A stretch of DNA of 64,000 nt. Origin: Collinsella sp. (GTDB lineage: Bacteria > Actinomycetota > Coriobacteriia > Coriobacteriales > Coriobacteriaceae). Positions 17,892-27,850 of this stretch are shown in pieces (the stretch's first letter is position 1; every line of letters starts with the position of its first letter). The DNA lies in the NCBI GenBank assembly GCA_031296755.1, contig JAUMMZ010000003.1, positions 1,797 to 65,796 of the forward strand. Reading direction: 5' to 3'. Both the position numbers and the translations under genes were made by a program. The notes beneath the pieces are model-generated. The model was not told the DNA's origin and made no database searches. It worked only from the letters and a program-made list of their open reading frames with translations.

Positions 17892-18926
17892 ATGCAACTG
17901 GCAAATATCGTACGCGAGCGCTGGAAAGGCGTCTTGTTCTGCCTGATCATCGCTATCCCCGCGACGTTGCTCGGCAAACAGATTGAGGTGGTCGGCGGGC
18001 CGGTATTTGCCATCCTCTTTGGCATGGTCCTGGCGCTCGTCTTTCCCAAGAATCGTCGCGAACCGCTCGCCGCCGGCGTTACCTATACGTCCAAAAAAGT
18101 CTTGCAGTACGCGGTTATCCTGCTTGGCTTTGGCATGAACCTCTCCCAGATCCTGTCCAAGGGCGCCCAGTCGCTGCCGATTATCGTGGCGACAATCTCG
18201 ACCTCGCTCGTCATCGCCTTTGTGCTCTGCCGCGTTATGAACGTGCCGGGCAAAATCGCGACGCTTGTGGGTGTGGGTTCGTCGATTTGCGGCGGTTCTG
18301 CCATCGCCGCGACCGCACCCGTCATCGATGCCGACGATCGCGAGATTGCCCAGGCTATTTCGGTCATCTTCCTGTTTAACGTTATCGCGGCGCTCGTGTT
18401 TCCGACGCTCGGCGGCATGCTCGGGCTGACCAACGAGGGCTTTGGCCTGTTTGCCGGTACCGCCATCAACGACACCTCGTCCGTAACGGCTGCGGCGAGC
18501 GCTTGGGACAGCATGCATCCCGGCGCCAATGTGCTCGAGAGCGCCACGGTGGTCAAGCTCACCAGAACGCTGGCCATTATTCCCATCACGTTGGTTCTCG
18601 CATGCTGGCAGATGCATCTGGCGCGCAAGGCCGGCGGTGACGCTAAGAGCACGTTCTCCCTTAAACGCGCGTTTCCCACGTTTGTGCTGTTCTTTGTGCT
18701 GGCGAGCGTGATCACCACGGTGCTTCAGCTTCCCGCGTCCGTTACGGCGCCCATCAAGGAGCTGTCGAAGTTCTTTATTGTGATGGCCATGGCGGCTATT
18801 GGTTTTAATACCGATATCGTCGAGCTGGTCAAAAAGGGCGGTAAGCCCATCGCGCTGGGCTTTTGCTGCTGGATTGGCATTGCGTGCATGAGTTTGGGAA
18901 TGCAGCACGTGCTGGGAATCTGGTAG
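17892..18926 (+). CDS. YeiH/UPF0324 family membrane protein (putative sulfate exporter family)
   Basis: 344 aa and polytopic, with GVGSSICGGSAIAA and INDTSSV motifs. GAAGGA RBS. Confidence 0.7.
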   Translation: MQLANIVRERWKGVLFCLIIAIPATLLGKQIEVVGGPVFAILFGMVLALVFPKNRREPLAAGVTYTSKKVLQYAVILLGFGMNLSQILSKGAQSLPIIVATISTSLVIAFVLCRVMNVPGKIATLVGVGSSICGGSAIAATAPVIDADDREIAQAISVIFLFNVIAALVFPTLGGMLGLTNEGFGLFAGTAINDTSSVTAAASAWDSMHPGANVLESATVVKLTRTLAIIPITLVLACWQMHLARKAGGDAKSTFSLKRAFPTFVLFFVLASVITTVLQLPASVTAPIKELSKFFIVMAMAAIGFNTDIVELVKKGGKPIALGFCCWIGIACMSLGMQHVLGIW

Positions 18927-19192
18927 AGAAGTAGCTTGTTTGCGTGCTGCGTGCTGGTGAGCGCATTCTCACGGTGGAGCGATAGGAGCTCTTGCGGGTA
19001 TGGCTTGTCCGCAGGTTTATAAGTCCCGAAGAGCTCTTATCGCCCCGCCAGGATGGCGATGCGGGGCAACACCTATACTCGCAGGACGGCGCTTTCTGCC
19101 CTATAGTGTTTGGTGAGCAATATCGTTCAATTTTGAAACACTCGGTCGTGCGATCGGCGGCGGCTGCATGTCGCCGCGGACAGGGGCAAATC

Positions 19193-20410
19193 ATGGATAG
19201 CGATGCCAGGCTGAACATCTTGACCGAGGCCCTAGCTGCTGCCGGGGCCTCGGCATTGACAATCGATGCGCGTGGGGACGTCGCGATCTCGACCATGAAT
19301 GACGCGGCGCTTGAGCGGGATGTGGCGGCTTTTGTCGCTGAGCGTCTCGGCCGTATAGGAGACGGCGCGCGTCTGGTTATGGGGCGTGAGGGTGCGCGCC
19401 TGAGCCTGACCGTTCGCCCCACCGACAAAGAGAGCGGGGGCCTTTGGGTCGTCGTGGTCCGCGAGGTGCGCGGTGCCGCGGCGCATGCGGGCATCGAGTG
19501 GCTCAACGCCGATGAAGTTGAGGCCCGCTACGAATCGAGCGCGTACGGCATCGTTGAGGGTGCCGCTGCGGTGGCTGCACCGGTTGCCGAGAGCTACGCG
19601 CGCGGTGTGCCCCTTATGCTCGAGGGCGAGCTGGGAGCGGGTCAGGTCGAGATCGCCAAGCGCCTCTATCTGGACGGTCCTTTTGCCGATCAGCCCTTTG
19701 TTTCCGTCGCGCTCGATGAGCTCACCGAGCGCGGTTGGCGCCACGTGCTCAAAAGCGCCGAATCGCCGTTGTTCCAAACAGGGCTGACCCTTTGCATTGA
19801 GGGCTGGAACGCGGTTGGCCCCCAGCGCCTCCGCGAGCTGGTCTCCACGATGGCCGACACCGCGTTGGCGACGCGCTGCCATGTGGTGCTGACGGCGAAT
19901 GACATCCCGGGCGGCGGCGAAAGTGATCAAGCCGCCTTTGTGACCGAGCGCTTCGCCTGTGCGGTGAGCGTGGCGCCGGCAATCGCCGAGCAGGGGGCCG
20001 CGTCGACGAAGGTTGCGCGCTATTTGGAATATCTCGCTGATGCATTTGGGACGGCAGCGCCCACGCTGTCTGCCGCGGCGACGAAGACGCTCGATGCTTA
20101 CCGCTGGCCGCGCAATTATCTGCAGCTCCGCGAGGTCTCGGAACGACTGTATATATTGGTGGGGACGGGCACGGTGGACCGCGCTGTGGCGGAGGAAGTG
20201 CTCGCCCAAGAGGACGTGATTAAGACCGCAACCTTTGGCGCCCCGACGCTCGAAAGTGACCTGTATATCCTGCGACCGCTGGCCGATACCGAGCGAGATA
20301 TCGCGCATCTGGTTGTAGACCATCTCCACGGCAACCGAACCCGTGCGGCGGAGGTGCTGGGCATAAGCCGTACAACGCTGTGGCGCTTGCTGAAGGACGA
20401 TGACCGCTGA
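19193..20410 (+). CDS. Transcriptional regulator with degenerate sigma54-activator-type AAA+ domain and C-terminal Fis-type HTH
   Basis: GELGAGQVEIAKRLY sits where Walker A GESGTGK is expected. C-terminal HGNRTRAAEVLGISRTTLWRLL. Start at ATG 19193 is tentative. Confidence 0.6.
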   Translation: MDSDARLNILTEALAAAGASALTIDARGDVAISTMNDAALERDVAAFVAERLGRIGDGARLVMGREGARLSLTVRPTDKESGGLWVVVVREVRGAAAHAGIEWLNADEVEARYESSAYGIVEGAAAVAAPVAESYARGVPLMLEGELGAGQVEIAKRLYLDGPFADQPFVSVALDELTERGWRHVLKSAESPLFQTGLTLCIEGWNAVGPQRLRELVSTMADTALATRCHVVLTANDIPGGGESDQAAFVTERFACAVSVAPAIAEQGAASTKVARYLEYLADAFGTAAPTLSAAATKTLDAYRWPRNYLQLREVSERLYILVGTGTVDRAVAEEVLAQEDVIKTATFGAPTLESDLYILRPLADTERDIAHLVVDHLHGNRTRAAEVLGISRTTLWRLLKDDDR

Positions 20411-20494
20411 GCGAGGCGCCCGTGACCGCGCGCGACGCGTGTGCTACAGTCCAAAGCGTTATTGTTTCGATTTGGTTACGGCGTGCGAGGGCAT

Positions 20495-21070
20495 ATGGCT
20501 GAGACTTCAAAACCGAGCCGCAGAAGGCGGAGCGCCGCGCCGGTTAACCGACGCACGACATCGGTGACGTGGGGCAAACACGCCTCGGGGTTTGACGGCT
20601 CGTTCAAGCGCACTAAATACGGCTATCCTTCGGCAAGCGCCCGCTTGGCCATGCAGGCAGAGTCCTCGTTGTGGGGCCGCAAACGCGTGGTGGGCTCAAA
20701 GCTCAAGCACGATGGAACGCTCGGTTACATCAGCCGCGGGGCGGCTCGCCGCAGCGGACTCAATCCGGCTGGTTGGCATCGTTATGTTCCGATCGCGGTC
20801 GTCGTTGCAGTGATCGTCATCGCACTCGCTGCGCTTGGCTACGCCGGCGGTGGCGCCAACTTGGACGCAGTGTTTAAATCGCCCGAGCTCGCGCATGCAG
20901 GCACAGAAGTTGTCGAGGGCGCACAGACCCAGACGGGCGTTGCGCCCCAGCGCGGTATCGTTGCGGCGGCCTCCACCATCGCCGATGCGCAAAAGGACGA
21001 AGACAAGCAAGGCGACGACGTCGATGCGAATCAGACGAGCGAAACGGCAATAACTCCATCGGCGGGATAA
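20495..21070 (+). CDS. Hypothetical single-pass membrane protein
   Basis: Basic N-terminus (KPSRRRRSAAP), one TM (YVPIAVVVAVIVIALAALGYA) and an acidic C-terminal region. No recognised domain. Confidence 0.4.
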   Translation: MAETSKPSRRRRSAAPVNRRTTSVTWGKHASGFDGSFKRTKYGYPSASARLAMQAESSLWGRKRVVGSKLKHDGTLGYISRGAARRSGLNPAGWHRYVPIAVVVAVIVIALAALGYAGGGANLDAVFKSPELAHAGTEVVEGAQTQTGVAPQRGIVAAASTIADAQKDEDKQGDDVDANQTSETAITPSAG

Positions 21071-21298
21071 GTTGCGAGTGGGGCAGCTAATTTGGGACGG
21101 GGCTTTTTTAGCTGCCCAAGACAGTGGCTCATTCGATGTCAGTCGCCAAAAGCGAGCGAGCCGCATTTGCGCCAAGGTGACGTGAAATGAGAGGGCGCTG
21201 ACCTTCTGGTCGCGCCCTCGAAATTGAACGTCAGATTGGCGTGAATGCGGCCCGCGCAGCGTCAACGAGCCCGCCGTTCGGTAGAACGGCGGAACTAA

Positions 21299-21820
21299 TT
21301 ACCTTACGTAGACCACGTTGTCGCGGCGGGGTTTGGGCTCGGGCAGCGTGTCCTCGGCATAGCCCAGAATGCAGTGACCGACACCGCGCAGGCTGCCGTC
21401 GGCGGGTAGACCCCAACTGGCCAGTAGCTCCAGGCCCTCGGGCGAATCGAAAACCTCGTGGGCGCGATGAATCCAGCACGAATCAACGCCCAGCGCATAG
21501 GCAGCGTTGAGCAGGTTGCCCATGGCGAGCGAGCCGTCTTCCAGATGTGTGGGCACGCTGCGGTCAACCAGCACCACCACAACGGTCTTGGCACCGTAGA
21601 AGGGGTCGCCGTTGCTGCCCATGACCTGGGCGTTGAGCTGTGAGAGACGCTCGACGGTCGCGGGGTCGGTGACGGCGACAAACATCACCGGCTGGCGGCC
21701 CATGCCGCTCGGTGCATATTGGCCGGCTTCGATAATACGTGCAAGCTTTTCGGCCTCGACGGGACGATCGCTGTAGTTGCGGCAGCTGCGGCGGTGAATG
21801 AGTGCTTCGATAGTCTCCAT
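21299..21820 (-). CDS. Nitroreductase family protein
   Basis: METIEALIHRRSCRNY.. nitroreductase N-terminal signature. AAGGAGACACC precedes ATG 21820. Confidence 0.85.
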   Translation of the reverse strand: METIEALIHRRSCRNYSDRPVEAEKLARIIEAGQYAPSGMGRQPVMFVAVTDPATVERLSQLNAQVMGSNGDPFYGAKTVVVVLVDRSVPTHLEDGSLAMGNLLNAAYALGVDSCWIHRAHEVFDSPEGLELLASWGLPADGSLRGVGHCILGYAEDTLPEPKPRRDNVVYVR

Positions 21821-22114
21821 GGTGTCTCCTTGCGGTGGCGTTGCAGATGCCCCGTTCATACCCGTCGGGCTTAAACGATAGACGGTCAATTGCCCGGCCA
21901 AAAGGATAGATTCCAATTGGGAAAGTAGGTTTGCATAAAAGTACCTTCAGAATGTGACAAACAAATGGGATGGTTAAACGTTTTATCCCGTCTACCCTGC
22001 GGTTTTTTACCACTTGCCTAAATGACGAACGCATAACCTTTGATAAAGGTTTTACTAAAGGAGTACCAACGTTTATCAATGCGCCGTGGTGGCGCCGGGC
22101 CAGGAGGTAACATC

Positions 22115-22405
22115 ATGTTCCAGGCTGGAGATGTCGTCGAGACCGATTTCGAAGGATTTCTGAAGCTGCTGCGTTCCAAGACGCGCGCTTTCGTGTCGAT
22201 CAACGACCACGAGTACTACATCACGCACACCGATGGCTATTGGCGTGTTCAGGATTGCGAGGCCCTCAACGACAAGGGCCACTTTACTGACTGCTCCGAG
22301 CTGGTCAACACGGTCTGCGAGGTCGTCGAGCTGCCGTGGATTGCCGGCAAGAGCCTGCATGACAGCTTCTCGGGCGCCACGGTCTATGAGGCCGTCGCCG
22401 CTTAG
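22115..22405 (+). CDS. Hypothetical small protein (96 aa)
   Basis: AGGAGG RBS upstream of ATG 22115 and a strong terminator downstream. No recognised domain. Confidence 0.5.
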   Translation: MFQAGDVVETDFEGFLKLLRSKTRAFVSINDHEYYITHTDGYWRVQDCEALNDKGHFTDCSELVNTVCEVVELPWIAGKSLHDSFSGATVYEAVAA

Positions 22406-22431
22406 CAAGCAATAAAACCCGATTTTCACGT

Positions 22432-22468
22432 GACCGCTGGCGCCGCCCCCGCGCCGGCGGTCTTTTTT
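22432..22468 (+). terminator. Intrinsic terminator
   Basis: GACCGCTGGCGC / GCGCCGGCGGTC stem followed by TTTTTT. Confidence 0.8.
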
Positions 22469-22519
22469 GTCGATATGCTTATGTAGAGCCGACCATAGAC
22501 AACGAGCTTATTGACGATA

Positions 22520-22569
22520 GTCAAAACTCGGACTAATGTAGAGATATTAATTGGTCAAAACTCGGACTA
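22520..22569 (+). promoter_or_regulatory. Direct-repeat candidate operator upstream of MarR gene
   Basis: GTCAAAACTCGGACTA occurs twice (22520-22535 and 22554-22569), 34 bp apart, immediately 5' of the MarR start. Confidence 0.4.
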
Positions 22570-22573
22570 TCGA

Positions 22574-23086
22574 ATGGTGGGAGAGATGAATAGTGCAGTT
22601 AGCCCGGTCGATTTCGACCGGATGCTCAACGGGCTTGATCGTATCTATTCGGAGTTCGCGCGCACTTGCGGTCTTTCGGACTGCGCCTACTGGATGCTCG
22701 TCGACACGAGTGCAGCGGGCGGAAGCGTTGCCGTGAGTCGGCTGACGAGTGAATGGTTCTACAGCAAACAGACCATCAATTCGGCGATTAAGACGCTTAG
22801 GGCGCGAGGGCTTGCGGCGTTGGAGTTTGCCGAAGGCAGTCGTAAGAATAAAGTTGTGCGACTGACCGAAGAAGGCGTGCGGTTTGCCAAGCACTACGCG
22901 TTGCCGGCGCAAAAAGCCGAGCAACAGGCATTCGAGGCGCTCGAGCCGTGGGAACAGCGCGAGATCATGCGCTTGGTCGGTAAGTTCTCCCACGTTCTGA
23001 ACGAAGAGTGCGAGGCATTTAAACGGCAAGTGGTCGCCGAGAACGAGGCTGACGATAAGGGCGAGGGGGACACATGCGACTCTTAA
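22574..23086 (+). CDS. MarR family transcriptional regulator
   Basis: Winged-helix region SKQTINSAIKTLRARGLA..KVVRLTEEG. The start is uncertain (22574 or 22586). Overlaps the start of the downstream ABC gene. Confidence 0.75.
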   Translation: MVGEMNSAVSPVDFDRMLNGLDRIYSEFARTCGLSDCAYWMLVDTSAAGGSVAVSRLTSEWFYSKQTINSAIKTLRARGLAALEFAEGSRKNKVVRLTEEGVRFAKHYALPAQKAEQQAFEALEPWEQREIMRLVGKFSHVLNEECEAFKRQVVAENEADDKGEGDTCDS

Positions 23087-24810
23087 TGAGGTTTATGAGG
23101 CCGTACCGCGGTCTGATTGCGGTGACGCTGTTTGCGGTGCTGATAGATAACGTCGGTACGCTGTTGGTTCCCACGATGCTGGCGAATATGGTCAACACCG
23201 GTATTACCACGGGCGATGTCGACTATATTTTACGCAACGGCCTGTACATGCTTATCGCGACCGGCATGGCCAGCGGCGGCACGGTGCTGGGCTGCTATCT
23301 TTCGGCGCGCCTGGCCGCCAACGTGGCCTGCGATATCCGCAATGCCGTGTACGACAAGTCGCTCGAGCTGTCCGCCAGCGACTTTGAGCGCTTTGGCACG
23401 GGTTCGATGATCACACGCTCGCTCAACGACATCAACGTGATTCAGCAAGCTGTCCTTCAGACGATTCAGTTGGTGCTGCCGGTGCCGTTCTTGGCCGTGG
23501 CAGGCATCATTTTTGCTTGGTTCATCGATCCCGCCATGGGCACGCTGCTGGGCGTGGTGGTTGCGATCGTGCTGGTGGCGGCGGTCTTTACGGTGGCTAA
23601 CGCCGCGCCGATCTTTATGCGCCTGCAGAGCTTTATCGACCGCATGAACGTGGTGCTGCGCGAGAACATCGTGGGCGTGCGCGTCATCCGCGCATTTAAC
23701 AAGGAGCGCCACGAGGAGCGGCGCCTGGACGAGGTGTTTAGCGATTACGCGGCCAACGCCATCAAGGTCAACCACCTGTTTGTGGGTCTCGACAGCTCCA
23801 GCTTCTTTTTGATGAACATCGCCGAGGTGGCGGTGCTGTGGGTGGGCGGCAACCGCGTGGGCGTCCACGCCATGCAAATCGGCAGCATCTCGGCCGTGCT
23901 GGAGTACGCGATCTTGATCCTGTTCTTTGTGATGATGGCGCAGATGGTGATTCTGACGCTTCCGCGCGCCGCGGCGTGCCTCAACCGCGCGCAACAGGTG
24001 CTCGAAATCGAGCCGAGCATCGTGGACGGCAAGGCAACGCTGGGCGACGGGGCGCCTGAGTCCGCAGATGGTGCCGACGCGGTTGCCGTGTTCGACCATA
24101 TGTCGTTCCGTTTTGACGATGCCGACGAGGACACCCTGTGCGACCTGAGCTTTGCCTGTCGCCGTGGCCAGACCACGGCGATTGTAGGCTCAACGGGCTC
24201 GGGCAAGTCAACGGTGGCCAAGCTCTTGTTGCGTTTCCACGATGCCACGAAGGGCGCCATTCGCCTGAATGGCATCGATTTGCGCGACCTTTCGCAAGGT
24301 GAGATTCGCGGGCATATCGCTTACGTGCCGCAGAAGGCGTGGCTGTTCTCGGGTACGGTGGCGAGCAACCTGCGCTTTGGCAACGAGGGCGCGACCGAGG
24401 CTGACATGCTCCATGCGCTGGAGGTTGCCCAGAGCACCTTTGTGCTCGATCAGCCCCAGGGGCTCGATACTCCGGTATCCCAGGGCGGCACGAACTTCTC
24501 GGGCGGTCAGCGCCAGCGCCTGGCGATCGCCCGCGCACTCATGAAGCATGCCGATCTATATATCTTCGATGACAGTTTTTCGGCCCTGGACTTTAAGACC
24601 GATGCCGCCCTGCGCCATGCGCTGCAGGACGAGACGCGCGATGCCGCGGTGCTCATCATCGCGCAACGTATCTCGACTATTTTGCATGCCGATCAGATCG
24701 TGGTGCTCAAAGACGGCGAGATCGTGGGCCTAGGCACGCACGACGAGCTCATGGAAACCTGCGAGGTGTACCGCGCTATCGCGGAATCGCAGATGAAGGG
24801 AGGTGAGTAG
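23074..24810 (+). CDS. ABC exporter, fused permease/ATPase subunit (heterodimer partner 1)
   Basis: Six-TM domain. Walker A GSTGSGKST, signature FSGGQRQRLAIARAL, Walker B LYIFDDSFSALD. Confidence 0.9.
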   Translation: MRLLMRFMRPYRGLIAVTLFAVLIDNVGTLLVPTMLANMVNTGITTGDVDYILRNGLYMLIATGMASGGTVLGCYLSARLAANVACDIRNAVYDKSLELSASDFERFGTGSMITRSLNDINVIQQAVLQTIQLVLPVPFLAVAGIIFAWFIDPAMGTLLGVVVAIVLVAAVFTVANAAPIFMRLQSFIDRMNVVLRENIVGVRVIRAFNKERHEERRLDEVFSDYAANAIKVNHLFVGLDSSSFFLMNIAEVAVLWVGGNRVGVHAMQIGSISAVLEYAILILFFVMMAQMVILTLPRAAACLNRAQQVLEIEPSIVDGKATLGDGAPESADGADAVAVFDHMSFRFDDADEDTLCDLSFACRRGQTTAIVGSTGSGKSTVAKLLLRFHDATKGAIRLNGIDLRDLSQGEIRGHIAYVPQKAWLFSGTVASNLRFGNEGATEADMLHALEVAQSTFVLDQPQGLDTPVSQGGTNFSGGQRQRLAIARALMKHADLYIFDDSFSALDFKTDAALRHALQDETRDAAVLIIAQRISTILHADQIVVLKDGEIVGLGTHDELMETCEVYRAIAESQMKGGE

Positions 24811-24811
24811 C

Positions 24812-26812
24812 ATGACCGAGGAGCTCAAGAAGCAGGCCATCGCCGAGGATGCCGCGGTTGCAGAGACAGTTGAGGAGACGGGCGCCACACCCGGCCTGGA
24901 CGAAGCCGCCAAGGCGGCGGAGCGCGAGGCTCGCCGCCAGGCACTCTACGAGGAAAACGAGCGCGCCGAGGACGAGCGCGCCCGCGCCGAGGCGGAACGC
25001 ATGCGCGACGTTGACGACGAGGACGAGGACGAGACGCCCCGCGACACCTGGGCGACGGTGCGCCGCCTGTGGAGCGAAGCCGCCGGCGACCATTGGCGCT
25101 TCTATATCGTGTTCGCGAGCATCGTGTTCTATGTCATCTTTAACACCGCGGCGCCGGCTTACAGCGCCCGCGTGATCGATGAGCTGTGGGGGCACATGAA
25201 GCTGGCGTTTGCCAACAACACTACCTTCAGCATTACCTGGGAGAATTGCGGCAGGACCATCTTCATCTACTTTATGATCTGGACCGCCGCCGCCTCGTTC
25301 TACGCACTCCAGAGCTTTTTGATGTCGAGCGTCGCTGAGCGTCTCAATCTGCGCCTGCGCAACCGCATCGCGCAAAAGCTCAACCGTCTGCCGCTCGCCT
25401 ATTTTGACGCGCATCGTCCCGGCGAGGTCGTCAGCCGCGCGACCAACGACCTGGACAAGATGTCCGAGAGCATGCAGCGCGGATTGCTGCAGCTGCTCGT
25501 GTCGATCGGCACGGTTGTTGGTGCTGTGAGCGTGATGTTCGTGTTCAGCGTGCAGCTTACGCTCGTCTTTCTGTTCTTTACGGCACTGTCGCTGCTGGTG
25601 ACGAAGGTCGTCTCGCGCCGCACACACGATGTGACGGGCGAGCGCCAGGAGTGGGTGTCCAAGATTACGAGTGCGGTCGAGGAAGGCTATTCGGGCCGTC
25701 TGGTGATCCGCGCGTTTAACCGCGAACGCCAAAGTTCTGCCGAGGTGCACCAGGCCTCGGGCGAGCTGGCACGCGTGAGTGCCAAGGCCGACTTTATGAT
25801 CAATGCCGTCGGCCCTGCGGTGCGCTTTATCGGCCGTTTGGCGCAGATCGTGATCGCGCTGGTGGGCTGCAGCATGCTGGTTGCCGGTCACATGACCGTC
25901 GGCGTGTTCCAGGCGTTCTTCCAGTTTATCTACGAGGCGTCCGAACCCATGACGCAGCTGTCGTTTACCTTCAACTCGCTGCAGAGCGCGTTGGCGAGTG
26001 CGGAGCGCGTGTTCGACCTGCTCGATGAGCCCGAGATGGAGGCCGATCCGCTGCCGGACGAGGCCGCCAAGCTGCCGGGTCGCGTTGAGGGTCGCGTCTC
26101 CTTTGAGCACGTGCGCTTTGGTTATTCGCCCGACAAGCCGCTTATGCACGACGTGTCGTTTACCGCCGAGCCGGGCCAGAAGATTGCCGTGGTGGGAACC
26201 ACGGGCGCGGGCAAGACGACGCTCATCAACCTGCTCATGCGCTTCTACGAGATTGACGGCGGGCGTATTACGCTCGACGGCGTGGATACGAGCCGCATGG
26301 ACCGCGGCGAGCTACGGCAGCAGTTTGGCATGGTGCTGCAGGACGCCTGGCTGTTCGATGGCACGATTGCCGAAAACATCGCCTACGGCTGTCCCGAGGC
26401 GACGCGTGAGGAGATCGTGGCGGCTGCGCGCGCCGCGCAGGTCGACTTCTTTGTGCGCACCATGCCGCAGGGCTACGACACGCGCGTGGCCAACGATGCC
26501 GAAAGCATCAGCCAGGGCCAGCGTCAGCTGCTGACCATCGCACGCGTGCTGCTCAATAACCCGGCGATTCTCATCCTGGACGAGGCGACCTCAAGCGTGG
26601 ATACGCGTACCGAGCTTGCCATCGGTCGTGCCATGGACGCGCTCATGCGTGGGCGCACGAGCTTTGTGATCGCGCACCGCCTGTCGACGATCGTGGACGC
26701 CGACCTGATCTTGGTCATGGATCACGGCAACATTATCGAGCAGGGCACGCATAAGGAGCTGCTGGCTGCCGAGGGTGCCTACGCCGACCTCTATCTGAGC
26801 CAGTTCGCATAA
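24812..26812 (+). CDS. ABC exporter, fused permease/ATPase subunit (heterodimer partner 2) with acidic N-terminal extension
   Basis: Walker A GTTGAGKTT, signature ISQGQRQLLTIARVL, Walker B ILILDEATSSVD. ATG 24812 follows GGGAGG; the listed GTG at 24803 overlaps the upstream stop. Confidence 0.9.
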   Translation: MTEELKKQAIAEDAAVAETVEETGATPGLDEAAKAAEREARRQALYEENERAEDERARAEAERMRDVDDEDEDETPRDTWATVRRLWSEAAGDHWRFYIVFASIVFYVIFNTAAPAYSARVIDELWGHMKLAFANNTTFSITWENCGRTIFIYFMIWTAAASFYALQSFLMSSVAERLNLRLRNRIAQKLNRLPLAYFDAHRPGEVVSRATNDLDKMSESMQRGLLQLLVSIGTVVGAVSVMFVFSVQLTLVFLFFTALSLLVTKVVSRRTHDVTGERQEWVSKITSAVEEGYSGRLVIRAFNRERQSSAEVHQASGELARVSAKADFMINAVGPAVRFIGRLAQIVIALVGCSMLVAGHMTVGVFQAFFQFIYEASEPMTQLSFTFNSLQSALASAERVFDLLDEPEMEADPLPDEAAKLPGRVEGRVSFEHVRFGYSPDKPLMHDVSFTAEPGQKIAVVGTTGAGKTTLINLLMRFYEIDGGRITLDGVDTSRMDRGELRQQFGMVLQDAWLFDGTIAENIAYGCPEATREEIVAAARAAQVDFFVRTMPQGYDTRVANDAESISQGQRQLLTIARVLLNNPAILILDEATSSVDTRTELAIGRAMDALMRGRTSFVIAHRLSTIVDADLILVMDHGNIIEQGTHKELLAAEGAYADLYLSQFA

Positions 26813-26842
26813 TGTGACAAAGGGACAGTCTCTTTGCCACAT
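26812..26842. repeat. Q-family palindromic repeat, copy Q1
   Basis: ATGTGACAAAGGGACAGTCTCTTTGCCACAT. Similar to the elements at 47389-47421 and 60757-60788. Confidence 0.75.
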
Positions 26843-26849
26843 CACAAAT

Positions 26850-26886
26850 AAGGCGCGCCGGGGATGAATTCCCTGGCGCGCCTTTG
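26850..26886. terminator. Hairpin between convergent ABC and cysE genes
   Basis: AAGGCGCGCCGGGGA / TCCCTGGCGCGCCTT stem. Confidence 0.55.
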
Positions 26887-26922
26887 CGTTGATGCCGATG
26901 TCGTTTTGTGCCGCTTGCGTTC

Positions 26923-27626
26923 CTAGCGTTCGTCCACGAGCTTGGCGACGAGGGCCTTGAGTTCGGCCACCTCTCGCTCGAGTTCCTTGACGCGGCGGGC
27001 ATTCTCGGTGATGCCCTGGCGGTTGAGGGCGGACTGCTCGGCGGCGTCATCGGGCATGTACTCGCGATGCTGCTTGGCGTCGAAACTCTCCTCGAACACA
27101 CGGCAGCCGTTGCGCTTGATGATGCGTCCCGGCACGCCCACGACGGTGCAGTTGTCGGGGACGTCCTTAACGACGACCGAGTTGCCGCCGATCTTGACGT
27201 TGTTGCCGATGCGGATGTTGCCGAGCACCTTGGCGCCCGTGCCCACCGTGACATTGTTGCCCAGGGTGGGGTGACGCTTGCCGGTCTCGTTGCCGGTGCC
27301 GCCGAGCGTGACGCCCTGGTAGAGCACACAGTTGTCGCCCACAATGGTGGTCTCGCCGATGACGACGCCCATGGCGTGGTCGATAAAGAAATGCTTGCCG
27401 ATCTGTGCAGCGGGATGAATCTCGACGCCGGTGATGTGGCGGGTGATTTGCGAGAGCACACGGGCGAGCGAGCGATGTCCATGCTCCCACAGCCAGTGCT
27501 CGGGCACATGGTTCCACTTGGCGTGCAGGCCGGGGTAGGACAGGAAGATGACCAGACCGTTTTGCGCAGCGGGGTCTTGCGCCTGGACGGTTTTGATGTC
27601 CTCGCGAATGGTATTGATAAAGCTCA
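26923..27626 (-). CDS. cysE: Serine O-acetyltransferase with C-terminal coiled-coil-like tail
   Basis: Hexapeptide-repeat LbH region ([41 protein letters not shown]..). GTG 27626 is preceded by AAGGGAGG. Confidence 0.85.
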
Positions 27627-27850
27627 CCGGCCGCCCTCCCTTAGCGCCATGGCAATGCGATTCAATAAAGTATAGCGATTCGCTAGGGATTAGGAAGGAC
27701 AATCTTGGCGGCATTGCGCGACAGGTGTCAGTTATGCAAACTTGCTGGTAATGAAGTAAGACTTTTGAGGGGTTTGACCCGTGCTCGTGCCGCAACCGTA
27801 TACTGGTCAACTTGGACGTGTCCGCGCCCACAACTGAGAGGTTTTACTTC

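Noticed and set aside
27627-27810. T-box or riboswitch leader upstream of cysE
   Set aside because: No T-box sequence (AANNNGGGTGGTACCGCG-like), specifier loop or known riboswitch core could be found by eye.
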